A DNA stretch of 64,000 nt from an uncultured Eubacteriales bacterium (GCA_934481515.1 CAKSPO010000003.1:4250-68249), one strand, 5' to 3'. Numbered from the stretch's first letter, positions 1-9,026 are shown. Numbers and translations: made by a program. The notes: generated by a model not told the origin, from the letters alone.

Positions 1-60
1 CGCCGCGGCGCAGTGATTGTGTCCTTCTCCCGTGCTGCAGCTCAGAAGCAAAACCTTCAT
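1..60 (-). CDS. N-terminus (partial, runs off window) of an MGDG-synthase/UgtP-like glycosyltransferase
   Basis: The reverse complement of 1-60 reads MKVLLLSCSTGEGHNHCAAA. The ATG is at 60-58 and is preceded by AAGGAG. The xxGEGHN N-terminus is typical of GT28-type diacylglycerol glycosyltransferases. Only 20 codons are visible. Confidence 0.45.
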   Translation of the reverse strand, partial: MKVLLLSCSTGEGHNHCAAA

Positions 61-117
61 TCTTTGTTTCTCCTTTTCTCGGATTTTTGACGCTTTCCGG
101 ATCTGAAAACGAATGGG

Positions 118-891
118 TCAGAAGCGGATTCTCCGGACACTGCGGACGCGGGCGGAACGCTCGTCCACTTCAAAGACGGCACCCTCTGCGCAGACCGCAC
201 CGGAGGCTACCGGAAACTTGGTCGGCATCATTGTTCGGAAGCGGGAAATGACCGCGTCGGCATCCGTTCCGAGCACACCGTTTTGCGGAGCACACATTCC
301 AAGATCGGTAATATATCCGGAACCGTGGGGCAGAATGCGCTCGTCCGCCGTAGCAACATGGGTGTGTGTCCCGAAAAGAACCTGTATTTTTCCGTCAAAA
401 TACAGACCGAGCGCCAGCTTTTCGCTGGTTGCCTCGGCGTGAATATCCATCAGAGCAAGGTCATAATTACCGGACTCCCGGGCAAGAATCTGTTCCACCG
501 TCGCAAAGGGATCCGCCAGCGGATCCAGATAGACCCTTCCGCAAACATTGATGCAGAGCAAGCGCCATCCGTTTACCGGAACCACTGTGTAGCCGCAGCC
601 GGGAGCGGTTGCGGGATAGTTCGCAGGACGGATGATTCGGTTCGGAAAGTCGTCCAGGAACGGGTAAAGACTTTGTTTCCCGAAGGCATGGTTGCCGAGT
701 GTGATCAGATCGGCACCCGCATCCAGCAGTGCCTGCGCGTCACAGGCGGACAGCCCCCGGATTTCGGAGGCGTTTTCTCCGTTTACAACCGTGAAGTCAA
801 TAGACTCCCGACGGCAGACAGCTCCGAGCTGCTGTTTCAGATAAGCGACGGAACTCTCTCCCACCACGTCGCCAAGTGCCAGAATCCGCAT
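118..891 (-). CDS. ymdB: YmdB-like metallophosphoesterase (2',3'-cyclic-nucleotide phosphodiesterase family)
   Basis: The ORF track gives 118..927. I place the start at the internal MRILALGDVVG (ATG 891-889). Motifs GDVVG, NGEN, GNH and GTHTHV match the calcineurin-like YmdB family. Confidence 0.9.
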   Translation of the reverse strand: MRILALGDVVGESSVAYLKQQLGAVCRRESIDFTVVNGENASEIRGLSACDAQALLDAGADLITLGNHAFGKQSLYPFLDDFPNRIIRPANYPATAPGCGYTVVPVNGWRLLCINVCGRVYLDPLADPFATVEQILARESGNYDLALMDIHAEATSEKLALGLYFDGKIQVLFGTHTHVATADERILPHGSGYITDLGMCAPQNGVLGTDADAVISRFRTMMPTKFPVASGAVCAEGAVFEVDERSARVRSVRRIRF

Positions 892-959
892 ATACAGTCC
901 TTTCTTGCATTCATTTTCCGGGAGCACCGGACAGATTTTATGAAAAAATTGAGATCGTT

Positions 960-1320
960 TTTGCCGGAAAACAGTCTTTCTCCGAAAAACAGACCTTTGC
1001 GGGAGTACGCCATTTTCGGGAAAAAGCGTACCGCTTTCAATAAAACGGTTCCCGCATTTGGGAAAAGATTATCGCTTCCGGTCAAAAACTTCACCCGCAT
1101 TCGAAAAAAACATACCGCTTCCGATAAAATGCCCCCGGTTTTGGGAAAAGGAAGCTCACTTTCGGGAAGCGGCGAACCATTTCCGGTAAAAAAGGCTGCC
1201 GCTCCCGATGGAAGGTGCGCCACTTTCGGTAAGATGGAAAAAATGATGGGAAAACGGTTGTTCTGCGGCAGGGTTATTTTGCGGCAAAAAACTCCACCGC
1301 TTCCCCGGTCGGTCCCTCGC
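960..1320. repeat. Degenerate ~42-43-bp periodic repeat array (about 7 units) filling the ymdB/VOC intergenic gap; the last unit overlaps the VOC gene 3' end
   Basis: TACCGCTTTCAATAAAA (1029-1045) matches TACCGCTTCCGATAAAA (1113-1129). CCCGCATT occurs at 1051-1058 and 1094-1101. TTGGGAAAAG occurs at 1058-1067 and 1141-1150. The unit TTTTGCGGCAAAAAACTCCACCGCTTCC at 1277-1304 encodes the VOC C-terminus. Confidence 0.6.
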
Positions 1321-1672
1321 AGAAGGAAATGCGTGCCGGATAGGGAGGGACGGAAGAAAAGCAGATGTCCTTCGGTTCAATGGTGATGCGGTAGCCGTTC
1401 TTCTGCACCAGCTGTGCAAAAGCGTCCACATCGTTTACCGCGAAGGCGATATGGCGAAGCGCGCCTTCGCCGGGGGTATCCGTGGCGTTCGCCGTGATCT
1501 CCATGATCCCGGCACCGGTGTCCAGCATGATGCCCGGTGCTTCCGCCGTTCCCCATGTCCGAACCACCGAAAGCCCCAACAGATCGCGGTAGAAATGTAC
1601 GGTTCTTTCAAAATTTTCAATGCCGCGGCATTTCAGCGCGACGTGATGGATTCCTGTAATCTGTGGTTTCAT
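1274..1672 (-). CDS. VOC-family (glyoxalase/bleomycin-resistance/dioxygenase fold) protein
   Basis: 132 aa. The N-terminal ITGIHHVALKC and later LRHIAFAV are typical paired beta-alpha-beta-beta-beta VOC motifs. GGAGA RBS upstream. Confidence 0.8.
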   Translation of the reverse strand: MKPQITGIHHVALKCRGIENFERTVHFYRDLLGLSVVRTWGTAEAPGIMLDTGAGIMEITANATDTPGEGALRHIAFAVNDVDAFAQLVQKNGYRITIEPKDICFSSVPPYPARISFCEGPTGEAVEFFAAK

Positions 1673-1720
1673 TTCTTAGTCTCCGTTCTGTTCATTGTTT
1701 ATCATACATTTATTTTTATT

Positions 1721-2866
1721 TTATTCATCGACCGCCGACTTTTTTGCAGCAGAAATGTCGTCCAATACCTTTCGCATCAGTGGAAAAAGCGCTTCTGCCC
1801 ATTTTTTGCATCCGACTGCATTCGGGTGTCCCCCGAAGGCGGCAATGTGATCCTCTTCGGGCGACTTGCAGAGCACCGGAACCGTGTCGAAACAGGCATC
1901 CGTCTCTGCCGCCAGCTCTTCGCGAAGATAGCGGTTGACCCCATGCCAGATTTCTCTCAGCTCCGGATCGTAATCGAAGGGAGGAACGGTCTGCAAAACA
2001 ACACGCACGCCGGCGGCTTTCAGCTTCCGGACGGTCTCTGTGAGGTTCCGTTTCAACGCCTCTCCGTCCCGTGTCTGCAACAGGTCATTGATCCCAAGGC
2101 AGAGAACTACCAGGTCGTTCTGCCTGGCGCGGAAAAGCCAGGCGCCGTCGCTTGCCGCATCGGAGGCGCGGGCAAATCCGAGTCCGAGATTCCAGAAGGC
2201 AAAGTCCGTTCCGAGCATTCCGGAGAGGACGGCATTCCAGTGTGCATAAGAATTCTGTTCGGTTCCGATTCCCTGTGTGATGGAGTCTCCGAGGTATCCG
2301 ATGCGAAGCGCGACCGGGCGGTCGCAGCCGACCATGGAAGCCAGCGGCATCTGCCGGCAGGGAAACCATTGACCGTCCTCCGCACGCCGGAAGACCGGGA
2401 GGAGGGTTTCCTCGTGATAAGGGATCATTCTGCCGCAGAAGGAAATCTGAAGGCAGAGATACATTCCCGCCGCGGCATCCGCCTCCACCCGGTCGGAGAC
2501 GAAAAATCCGCCGGGAAAAACCGCCTTTTCGCGGCTCCCTCCAAAGGTCAGGGGAATGAGTGTTCCCGGTTCTTCTGCGGGTTCCGCCGTTTTCGTCACG
2601 CCCACCGAAGCGGAGAGAATCTGCCACTGGTCGCAGATGAGGTTGCAGTGTCCGCGGTCGCCGCGGTCATAGGTTGTATCGATTGTATTGGAAAAAAGGA
2701 AGGACCAGCCACAGCGTCCGCCTGCCTGCACCCGGTAGTAGACCCTGCCGGTCAGAATACGGGACGGATCCTCGGGACAGAAGAACATCTGGTTCCCGGA
2801 GCCTGCCACCGTGCCGGAGGAATAGGTATCAAAATACGGCATGCCAAAATGTTTTTCTGTCTTCAT
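1721..2866 (-). CDS. SGNH/GDSL-family hydrolase with ~170-aa N-terminal extra domain
   Basis: 381 aa. It has block I GYLGDSITQG, block III LGINDL and a C-terminal DxxH-like region (GGHPN). GGGAG RBS, no signal peptide. Confidence 0.8.
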   Translation of the reverse strand: MKTEKHFGMPYFDTYSSGTVAGSGNQMFFCPEDPSRILTGRVYYRVQAGGRCGWSFLFSNTIDTTYDRGDRGHCNLICDQWQILSASVGVTKTAEPAEEPGTLIPLTFGGSREKAVFPGGFFVSDRVEADAAAGMYLCLQISFCGRMIPYHEETLLPVFRRAEDGQWFPCRQMPLASMVGCDRPVALRIGYLGDSITQGIGTEQNSYAHWNAVLSGMLGTDFAFWNLGLGFARASDAASDGAWLFRARQNDLVVLCLGINDLLQTRDGEALKRNLTETVRKLKAAGVRVVLQTVPPFDYDPELREIWHGVNRYLREELAAETDACFDTVPVLCKSPEEDHIAAFGGHPNAVGCKKWAEALFPLMRKVLDDISAAKKSAVDE

Positions 2867-2900
2867 GAGAGAACTCCCTGATCAAATAAAAAATAAAATA

Positions 2901-2953
2901 CAAGAGGAGCACAAGAGAAGCACAAGAGAAGCACAAGAGAAGCACAAGAGAAA
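2901..2953. repeat. 11-bp tandem repeat GCACAAGAGAA x ~4.5
   Basis: Perfect copies at 2909-2919, 2920-2930, 2931-2941 and 2942-2952, with a partial copy before them. The array lies 35-87 nt upstream of the SGNH start codon. Confidence 0.95.
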
Positions 2954-3403
2954 CTGTGTGTTTCTGACGGCGAAGCGCGGAGCCGTCTTCACGAAGGCGG
3001 ATCTCGTCTTTCTTCTGCGGTATGCAGTCATTATAGCAGATAAAACGGAGCATGTCAACGCTCCCGCGGAAACAATAAAAACAATTTCCCGGCGCCGCAC
3101 AAGCATCCCGGCTTCCTTTCAGCTGGTAGGATGCAGGCAGACCCCGCGCGGGCAAAGCCGGTTTCCTACGGACATAGAAGAGTTTTTTGTTCAGCGGAAG
3201 CCGGAAGCGGAGTGGAAAGTTATCGTTTTGCAAAACAGCAAAAATTCCATGATACAGATCAAACCTCATCCGCCGCTGACGCGGTTCCCCTGTCTCGCTG
3301 CGGCTCGGGCACATTCGGGTTCTGATAGTCCCCGGACTGTCATTCATTACCCTCGTGCCGCTTCGCTACCCACTGGAGAAGGCTTTTGGGTAAATCCCCC
3401 TTG

Positions 3404-3439
3404 GATAAAAATCTATGCTGAGATAAAAATCTATGCTGA
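3404..3439. repeat. Perfect 18-bp tandem duplication GATAAAAATCTATGCTGA x2
   Basis: 3404-3421 and 3422-3439 are identical. Confidence 0.95.
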
Positions 3440-3561
3440 TTGCCGCGGGCATGTTCGGCTTTCATTCCTTTTCCGAAAAAATGTCAAACCAAAACGAAAA
3501 ATGCCGATATAAAAAACAATTTTTCCGGCGGTGCACAAGCGTTCCGGTTTTTTCTGATTCC

Positions 3562-3810
3562 GTAGGGGCGGGGTCTGCCCGCCCGTTTGTGCGGGTTTTG
3601 CGGCACATCGGGCATGGGGGGCACCAAGGATTGAATTCGATTTATTCAATTCACTGCGCCGCAAGAGAAAAACAAAATCCGGCGGGAGAAAACCGCCGGG
3701 ATGGTTGTGCAGGTTCCTTAGAAGCGGGCGGGTTGACCCCGCCCCTACGAGGGAGAGGGGATTCCGACGTTTGACGGGAGCCGGAAGCGGAATGTGCAGA
3801 TGGGATTTTT
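3562..3810. repeat. REP/MITE-like GC-hairpin repeat unit, copy 1
   Basis: The left arm is GTAGGGGCGGGGTCTGCCCGCCC (3562-3584). The right arm is GGGCGGGTTGACCCCGCCCCTAC (3726-3748). Each arm is itself a GGGCGGG/CCCGCCC hairpin. The 118-nt block at 3693-3810 recurs at 4122-4239. Confidence 0.8.
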
Positions 3811-3941
3811 GCCCAACAGGAGCCGGGGGCGGAGTGAAAAGCGGGATTTTTTCGTCCGGCGAAAGCCGATAAGAAAATGAAAAACGACCGCAATGAAAAA
3901 ATTTCCGGCTTCACATAAACATCAAATTTTCTATCAAGCCG

Positions 3942-4239
3942 GTAGGGGCGGGGTCAACCCGCCCGTTTGCACGGATTTTGCGGTACATCTGGTAGGGGCA
4001 CCAACAAGCGCCGCCCGTTTGTATGGGTTTCGTGGAATGTAGGAAAAGGGCATCAAGGATTGCCGTTCCGGTGGTTCGGATTCCGTATCACAGAGGGAAA
4101 CAAAAGCCAACGTCGGGAATCCCGCCGGGATGGTTGTGCGGATTCCTCAAAAGCGGGCGGGTAGACCCCGCCCCTACGAGGGAGAGGGGATTCCGACGTT
4201 TGACGGGAGCCGGAAGCGGAATGTGCAGATGGGATTTTT
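3942..4239. repeat. REP/MITE-like GC-hairpin repeat unit, copy 2
   Basis: The left arm at 3942-3964 is the exact reverse complement of 3726-3748. The right arm at 4155-4177 differs by 1 nt. The block 4122-4239 is near-identical to 3693-3810. Confidence 0.8.
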
Positions 4240-4346
4240 CGTCCGGCGGAGCCGGAAGCGTAAAGGAACTCCTTTTTTGCAATGCCGAAAAGATTGTCGA
4301 ACCGGAATCTGAAAATCGGCGTTTTGCGAAAAAAAGCGAAAAGGGC

Positions 4347-4375
4347 TTGCAAAACGAAGAAAAATGTGATATACT
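4347..4375 (+). promoter_or_regulatory. Sigma-A-type promoter of the metK leader
   Basis: TTGCAA (4347-4352), a 17-nt spacer, then TATACT (4370-4375). Confidence 0.6.
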
Positions 4376-4390
4376 GAATGCAATAGAATA

Positions 4391-4510
4391 TATCTTATCA
4401 AGAGTAACGTAGTGACAGGCACGATGATGTTACAGCAACCTGCAGGAACGTAAGGTGCTAAATCCTGTTAGATGAGAGCCGGATTGCTCCGTCGGAACGG
4501 AGCTTTTTTG
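4391..4510 (+). promoter_or_regulatory. SAM-I (S-box) riboswitch with intrinsic terminator
   Basis: P1 pairs CTTATC (4394-) with GATGAG (4471-4476). Conserved ATCAAGAG, GATGA, AGCAACC and GGTGCTAAATCC elements are present. The terminator is CTCCGTCGGAACGGAG plus a T-run (4487-4510). It sits directly upstream of metK. Confidence 0.85.
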
Positions 4511-4570
4511 TTGTCTGAAAAAAGGAAAGATATGTTTTAGAATCTAAAACGTACAGGAGTATCGGAAAAA

Positions 4571-5746
4571 ATGAGCAGAAAACTGTTTACCAGTGAGTCG
4601 GTGACGGAAGGGCATCCCGACAAGATCAGCGACAAGATCTCGGACGCAATTCTGGACGAGATGCTGCGGCAGGATCCCATGTCACGGGTTGCCTGTGAGA
4701 CCTTCTGCACCACGGGTCTGGTATGTGTGATGGGTGAGGTGACCACCAAGGCGCAGGTGGACATTCAGAAGATTGTGCGGGAGACCGTGCGGGAGATCGG
4801 CTATGACCGTGCCAAATACGGCTTCGACTGCGACAGTTGCGCGGTGATTACCTCGTTGCACGCGCAGTCTCCGGATATTGCCATGGGAGTGGATCGCTCC
4901 TATGAGGCGAAGAACGGTACCGAAAACGATGCATTCGAGATCGGAGCGGGGGATCAGGGGCTGATGTTCGGTTATGCCTGCAACGAGACCCCGGAACTGA
5001 TGCCGCTTCCCGTTTCGCTGGCGCACCGGCTTGCCAAGCGGCTGACCGAGGTGCGCAAGACGGGAGTTGTTCCGTATCTGCGTCCGGACGGAAAAACGCA
5101 GGTGACGGTAGAGTATAACGAAGAAGGAAAGCCTGTCCGTGTGGATACCATTGTCATTTCCTCTCAGCACAGTTCTGAGGTTGCGCTGGAAGAAATCCGC
5201 AAGGATCTGATCCGTGAGGTCATTGTTCCGGTCATTCCGGCGGACATGATGGATGCAGAGACCAAAATCTATGTCAATCCTACCGGGCGGTTTGTGATCG
5301 GCGGCCCCGCCGGCGACACGGGTTTGACCGGTCGCAAGATCATTGTGGACACCTACGGAGGCTATGCCCGTCACGGCGGCGGCGCCTTCTCCGGAAAAGA
5401 CCCGACCAAGGTGGATCGCTCTGCCTGCTATGCCGCGCGTTATGTGGCAAAGAACATTGTCAAGGCGGGACTGGCGGACAAATGTGAGGTGCAGGTGGCG
5501 TATGCCATCGGTGTCGCAAAGCCGGTTTCCGTGACCATTGACACCTTCGGAACGGCGAAAATTCCGGAGGAGGAGATCGAAAGAAGGGTTCTGAAGCTGG
5601 TGGATTTGCGCCCGGCGGCAATCATCAAGCGGTTTGATCTGCGCCGTCCCATTTACGCAGAGCTTGCGGCTTACGGGCATATGGGGAGAGAGGATCTCCA
5701 TGCGCCGTGGGAGGAATGCGATCTGGTTCCGGCACTTTTGAGGTAA
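4571..5746 (+). CDS. metK: S-adenosylmethionine synthetase
   Basis: 391 aa with the hallmark motifs [19 protein letters not shown] and [17 protein letters not shown]. Confidence 0.98.
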   Translation: MSRKLFTSESVTEGHPDKISDKISDAILDEMLRQDPMSRVACETFCTTGLVCVMGEVTTKAQVDIQKIVRETVREIGYDRAKYGFDCDSCAVITSLHAQSPDIAMGVDRSYEAKNGTENDAFEIGAGDQGLMFGYACNETPELMPLPVSLAHRLAKRLTEVRKTGVVPYLRPDGKTQVTVEYNEEGKPVRVDTIVISSQHSSEVALEEIRKDLIREVIVPVIPADMMDAETKIYVNPTGRFVIGGPAGDTGLTGRKIIVDTYGGYARHGGGAFSGKDPTKVDRSACYAARYVAKNIVKAGLADKCEVQVAYAIGVAKPVSVTIDTFGTAKIPEEEIERRVLKLVDLRPAAIIKRFDLRRPIYAELAAYGHMGREDLHAPWEECDLVPALLR

Positions 5747-5773
5747 CACCGTACCATTCGCGACCTGCGTACT

Positions 5774-5918
5774 CGCTTGCATCTTTCTCATCGTACTTTA
5801 CAAAAATCTTTGTCTGCAGTTCGGCTATAGCCTGCGAATTTTTGTATCGTCTGACGAGAAACCCGACTTTCAAATTGCAGTTTGCACCATCGGAACTGCG
5901 CGGTATTGCCTTGAAGAA
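5774..5918 (+). repeat. Dispersed ~150-nt intergenic element, copy A (in the metK 3' UTR)
   Basis: It aligns over its full length with 12015-12165 in the same orientation, at roughly 70-75% identity by eye. Shared cores include TCGTCTGACG (5847-5856 vs 12092-12101) and GCACCAT (5883-5889 vs 12130-12136). Confidence 0.7.
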
Positions 5919-5929
5919 ATAAAAAATGC

Positions 5930-5966
5930 AACGCGGAACCGCCCACCGGGTGCTTCCGCGTTTTTT
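5930..5966 (+). terminator. Rho-independent terminator after metK and element A
   Basis: AACGCGGAA (5930-5938) pairs with TTCCGCGTT (5954-5962), followed by TTTT. Confidence 0.8.
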
Positions 5967-6009
5967 GAAGAAAATCCGCATCTTTGCGGAAAGAAAGGAG
6001 GGAAAGCCG

Positions 6010-8262
6010 ATGCCGGGGGAAGAGTCGGAGGCGAGGCGGCAGGAGGACGAATACGGGCTGTTGCGCATCAGCGGAACCATTGAGCATGTGATCTATGCCA
6101 ATGAGGAAAACGGGTTTGCCATCTGCGACCTCGGGACGGATCAGGACGATCTGATTACCGTAACGGGAACGCTGCCTTACATCGGGGAGGGCGATCTTGT
6201 CACGGTCTACGGCAAGTGGGTGCACAATCCGAAATACGGCAGGCAGTTTCGCGTGGAGCAATGCGAAAAACAGCTGCCCGCGGACAAGGCATCCATTCTC
6301 CGGTATCTTTCGGCGGGGAGTATCAAGGGCATCGGTCCAAAAACCGCACAGCGGATTGTGGATATGTACGGAGAGGAAAGCTTTGATGTGATCGAAAATC
6401 ACCCGGAGTGGCTTTCGGACATTCACGGAATCACGCCGAAGCGCGCCGCCGAGATTTCCGAGGAGTTCCGCAGGCAGGCGGGCATCCGGTCTGCGATGCT
6501 CTTCTTCCGGGAATATTTCGGTGCGGCAACCACGGTCCGAATCTACAAGAAGTGGGGCGGGAACGCGGTGGATGTGGCAAAGAAGAACCCGTATCTGCTT
6601 TGCGAAGAGATTGAAGGAATCGGTTTTGAGCGTGCCGACCGGATGGCGCTTCGTCTGGGGCTTCAGCCGGATGACCCGGAGCGGCTTTGCAGCGGAGCAC
6701 TGTATCTGCTTTCCTATCACGCGCGGCAAAACGGGCACGTCTGCCTTCCGCGGGAAAAGCTGACCGAGAGTGCCGCACGTCTGTTGGAATGCCGGCAGGA
6801 GCAGGCAGAGGCGGCGGTGGAGGAACTGCTCCGGCGAAAAAAGCTTTACAGCGTCCGGTTCGGGGAAACGGTCTATCTTTACGAGCGGCAGATGTACGAG
6901 GACGAGAAATACATTGCCAAAAAGCTGTTGCTTCTGAATCGGGTCTGTCCTGCCATGGATACGGCGAATATCTCCGCCTTCATCCGGAAAGAGGAGGGGC
7001 AAAGCGGGATGCGGTATGCTCAGCTCCAGCGGCAGGCGATTTCCGATGCGCTGGAGAATGGGGTCATGCTGCTCACCGGCGGGCCCGGAACCGGAAAAAC
7101 CACGGTGGTGCGTGCTCTGATGCATATTTTTACGGCGATGGATTGCAACATCGCGCTGTGCGCTCCGACGGGACGTGCGGCAAAACGACTCTCGGAGTCC
7201 ACTTCCTCCGAGACGAAAACCATTCACCGGCTTCTGGAATACAGCGGGGAGGAAACCGGGGGAATCCGGTTTCACCGGGACGAGAACAATCTTCTGGAGG
7301 AAAACGTCATCATCGTGGACGAGGCTTCCATGGTGGATAACCATCTGATGAGCGCCTTGCTCCGCGCCGTCAAGCCGGGAGCCAGGATGATTCTCATCGG
7401 CGACGCCGACCAGCTCCCTTCCGTAGGGGCGGGAAATGTTCTGCGGGATCTGCTTGCTTCCGACCGCTTTGCAACGGTTCGCCTGAATGAAATCTTCCGG
7501 CAGGCAAGGCAGAGTATGATTATCACCAATGCTCATGCGATCAACCGCGGAGAGATGCCGCAGCTGGATGTCAGAGACAATGACTTTTTCTTTCTCCCGC
7601 GAAGCACGGAAGCGGAAATTGCCGCGACCATAACGGAGCTGTACCGCACAAGGCTTCCGAAGGTGTACGGAGACATGGCGCGGAGCGGGACGCAGGTCAT
7701 TGCCGCGTCGCGGAAGGGAGAAACCGGGACGGAGCATCTTAATGTTTTGTTGCAGGCGGCGCTCAATCCTCCTGCCGCCGGAAAGCGGGAATACCGGTAC
7801 CGGGAACTGATTTATCGGGAGGGCGATCGTGTCATGCAGGTGCGGAACAATTATGACATTTGTTGGGAGCGGGAGGACGGAAGTGCCGGAAACGGCATTT
7901 TCAATGGAGACATCGGTATCATTCTGCGGATTTCGATTCCGGATGAGACCATGGAGATCCGGTTTGACGACCGCACGGTCAGCTACGATTTTCATGCTCT
8001 GGAGGATCTGGAGCCGGCGTATGCGGTCACGGTGCACAAGAGTCAGGGAAGCGAATATCCGATTGTGATTCTTCCGATGGGGAATGCGCCGGCGATGCTG
8101 CTCTCAAGAAATCTTTTATATACCGCAGTGACAAGGGCACAGTGCATGGTGATTCTGGTGGGCAGACGGGAGGTTGTATCCGCAATGGTGTCAAACAACC
8201 GTCAGTCCATGCGATATACGGGGCTGTTACAATGGCTGAACGAAAAAAGATCAGACAGATAA
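6010..8262 (+). CDS. recD2: RecD2-type SF1 DNA helicase (YrrC-like)
   Basis: The start is moved to MPGEESE (GGAGG at 5998), because the 5926 start overlaps the metK terminator. Supporting motifs are Walker A LTGGPGTGKTT, DEASMVD, the N-terminal OB/HhH region and the C-terminal VHKSQGSE. Confidence 0.9.
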   Translation: MPGEESEARRQEDEYGLLRISGTIEHVIYANEENGFAICDLGTDQDDLITVTGTLPYIGEGDLVTVYGKWVHNPKYGRQFRVEQCEKQLPADKASILRYLSAGSIKGIGPKTAQRIVDMYGEESFDVIENHPEWLSDIHGITPKRAAEISEEFRRQAGIRSAMLFFREYFGAATTVRIYKKWGGNAVDVAKKNPYLLCEEIEGIGFERADRMALRLGLQPDDPERLCSGALYLLSYHARQNGHVCLPREKLTESAARLLECRQEQAEAAVEELLRRKKLYSVRFGETVYLYERQMYEDEKYIAKKLLLLNRVCPAMDTANISAFIRKEEGQSGMRYAQLQRQAISDALENGVMLLTGGPGTGKTTVVRALMHIFTAMDCNIALCAPTGRAAKRLSESTSSETKTIHRLLEYSGEETGGIRFHRDENNLLEENVIIVDEASMVDNHLMSALLRAVKPGARMILIGDADQLPSVGAGNVLRDLLASDRFATVRLNEIFRQARQSMIITNAHAINRGEMPQLDVRDNDFFFLPRSTEAEIAATITELYRTRLPKVYGDMARSGTQVIAASRKGETGTEHLNVLLQAALNPPAAGKREYRYRELIYREGDRVMQVRNNYDICWEREDGSAGNGIFNGDIGIILRISIPDETMEIRFDDRTVSYDFHALEDLEPAYAVTVHKSQGSEYPIVILPMGNAPAMLLSRNLLYTAVTRAQCMVILVGRREVVSAMVSNNRQSMRYTGLLQWLNEKRSDR

Positions 8263-9026
8263 TTTATGACCTTCTGTTCCCGCCGCGGTGCGCTTCCTGC
8301 CGGACGCTTTTGGATTGGTACCGGGAGGATCCGGACACCGGCGAAACGCTTTGCCGGCGCTGTCAGGCAGAATGGGAAGAGGCAAAACGGACGACATGCG
8401 AAATTTGCGGGAAGCCGGTTCCGGAATGCCGCTGCATGCCGATTCTGATGCAGGAAGCGAGATGCAGAGGCTTTTGCCGGTTGGTGTTTTACAGTCCGCG
8501 ACAGGACGATGCCGTGCAGAACCGGATCATTTATCACATCAAGCGGCGGCAGGAAATCCGGGCGCCGGAGTTTCTCTGCCGGGAACTGCTTCCCGCACTG
8601 GAGCAGATTCTCGGAGACAAAATCGCCGCGAAACGGTTGCTTGTTACTTATATTCCGCGGCGGAGAAATGCGAAGACAAAGTACGGTGTGGATCAGGCGG
8701 AGCTGCTTGCCAAAGCCATGGCAAAGCTGACCGGAGGAGAATTCCGCCGACTGATCCGTCGGACGCGCGGCTCCACGCAGGCGCAGAAGTTCCTCTCCCC
8801 GGAAAAGCGGTTGGAAAATGCAAAACAGGCGTTTGTTGCCGGCAGGATGGGAAACTGCCGCGGGAGAACCGTGCTGTTGCTGGATGATCTGGTGACGACC
8901 GGAGCCAGCATGGAACGATGTGTGCGGATTCTGTATCAGATGGGAGCCGGGGCAGTCTATTGCGCCTCCGTTGCCACTGATATTCCCGACCCTGCCGAAA
9001 CGGTGCAGGACGGGGCGCTTTCGTGA
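8232..9026 (+). CDS. comFC: ComF-family protein (ComFC-like phosphoribosyltransferase-fold with N-terminal Cys4 finger)
   Basis: The start is MAERKKIRQ. It has CASC...CRRC and CEICG...CRC zinc-ribbon pairs and a PRTase motif LLLDDLVTTGAS. It overlaps the recD2 end by 31 nt. Confidence 0.85.
   Translation: MAERKKIRQIIYDLLFPPRCASCRTLLDWYREDPDTGETLCRRCQAEWEEAKRTTCEICGKPVPECRCMPILMQEARCRGFCRLVFYSPRQDDAVQNRIIYHIKRRQEIRAPEFLCRELLPALEQILGDKIAAKRLLVTYIPRRRNAKTKYGVDQAELLAKAMAKLTGGEFRRLIRRTRGSTQAQKFLSPEKRLENAKQAFVAGRMGNCRGRTVLLLDDLVTTGASMERCVRILYQMGAGAVYCASVATDIPDPAETVQDGALS

Noticed and set aside
960-4239. Possible CRISPR array suggested by the periodic repeats at 960-1320 and 3562-4239.
   Set aside because: The units are degenerate or far too long or irregular. 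No unique spacers of constant length are present and there are no cas genes in the window.
2841-4422. ORFs inside the 2867-4346 gap (2841..3512 +, 2829..3347 -, 3651..3914 -, 4023..4412 +, 4053..4352 -, and others).
   Set aside because: They simply translate the tandem and REP-like repeats, for example PRRGGVNPPA from the GC hairpin. They lack RBSs, overlap one another in several frames and have no recognisable domains.
5847-5880. Hammerhead-ribozyme-like core CUGACGA followed by a GAAA...UUUC stem in dispersed element copy A.
   Set aside because: The position equivalent to the essential G12 is A (AAA instead of GAA after stem II). Copy B reads CUGACGG. The conserved core is therefore not maintained.
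5926-6009. Upstream-extended starts given by the ORF track: recD2 at 5926, ymdB 927, comF 8142, rluA 13257, the methyltransferase 15577, the LRR gene 19763, the SBP 20999, der 38315, hprK 53543, pgk 58187, pfkA 61041, flotillin 52367, and others.
   Set aside because: The extensions lack RBSs and add non-homologous residues. In the recD2 case the extension overlaps the metK terminator. In each case an internal ATG preceded by a GGAGG-type RBS matches the canonical family N-terminus.
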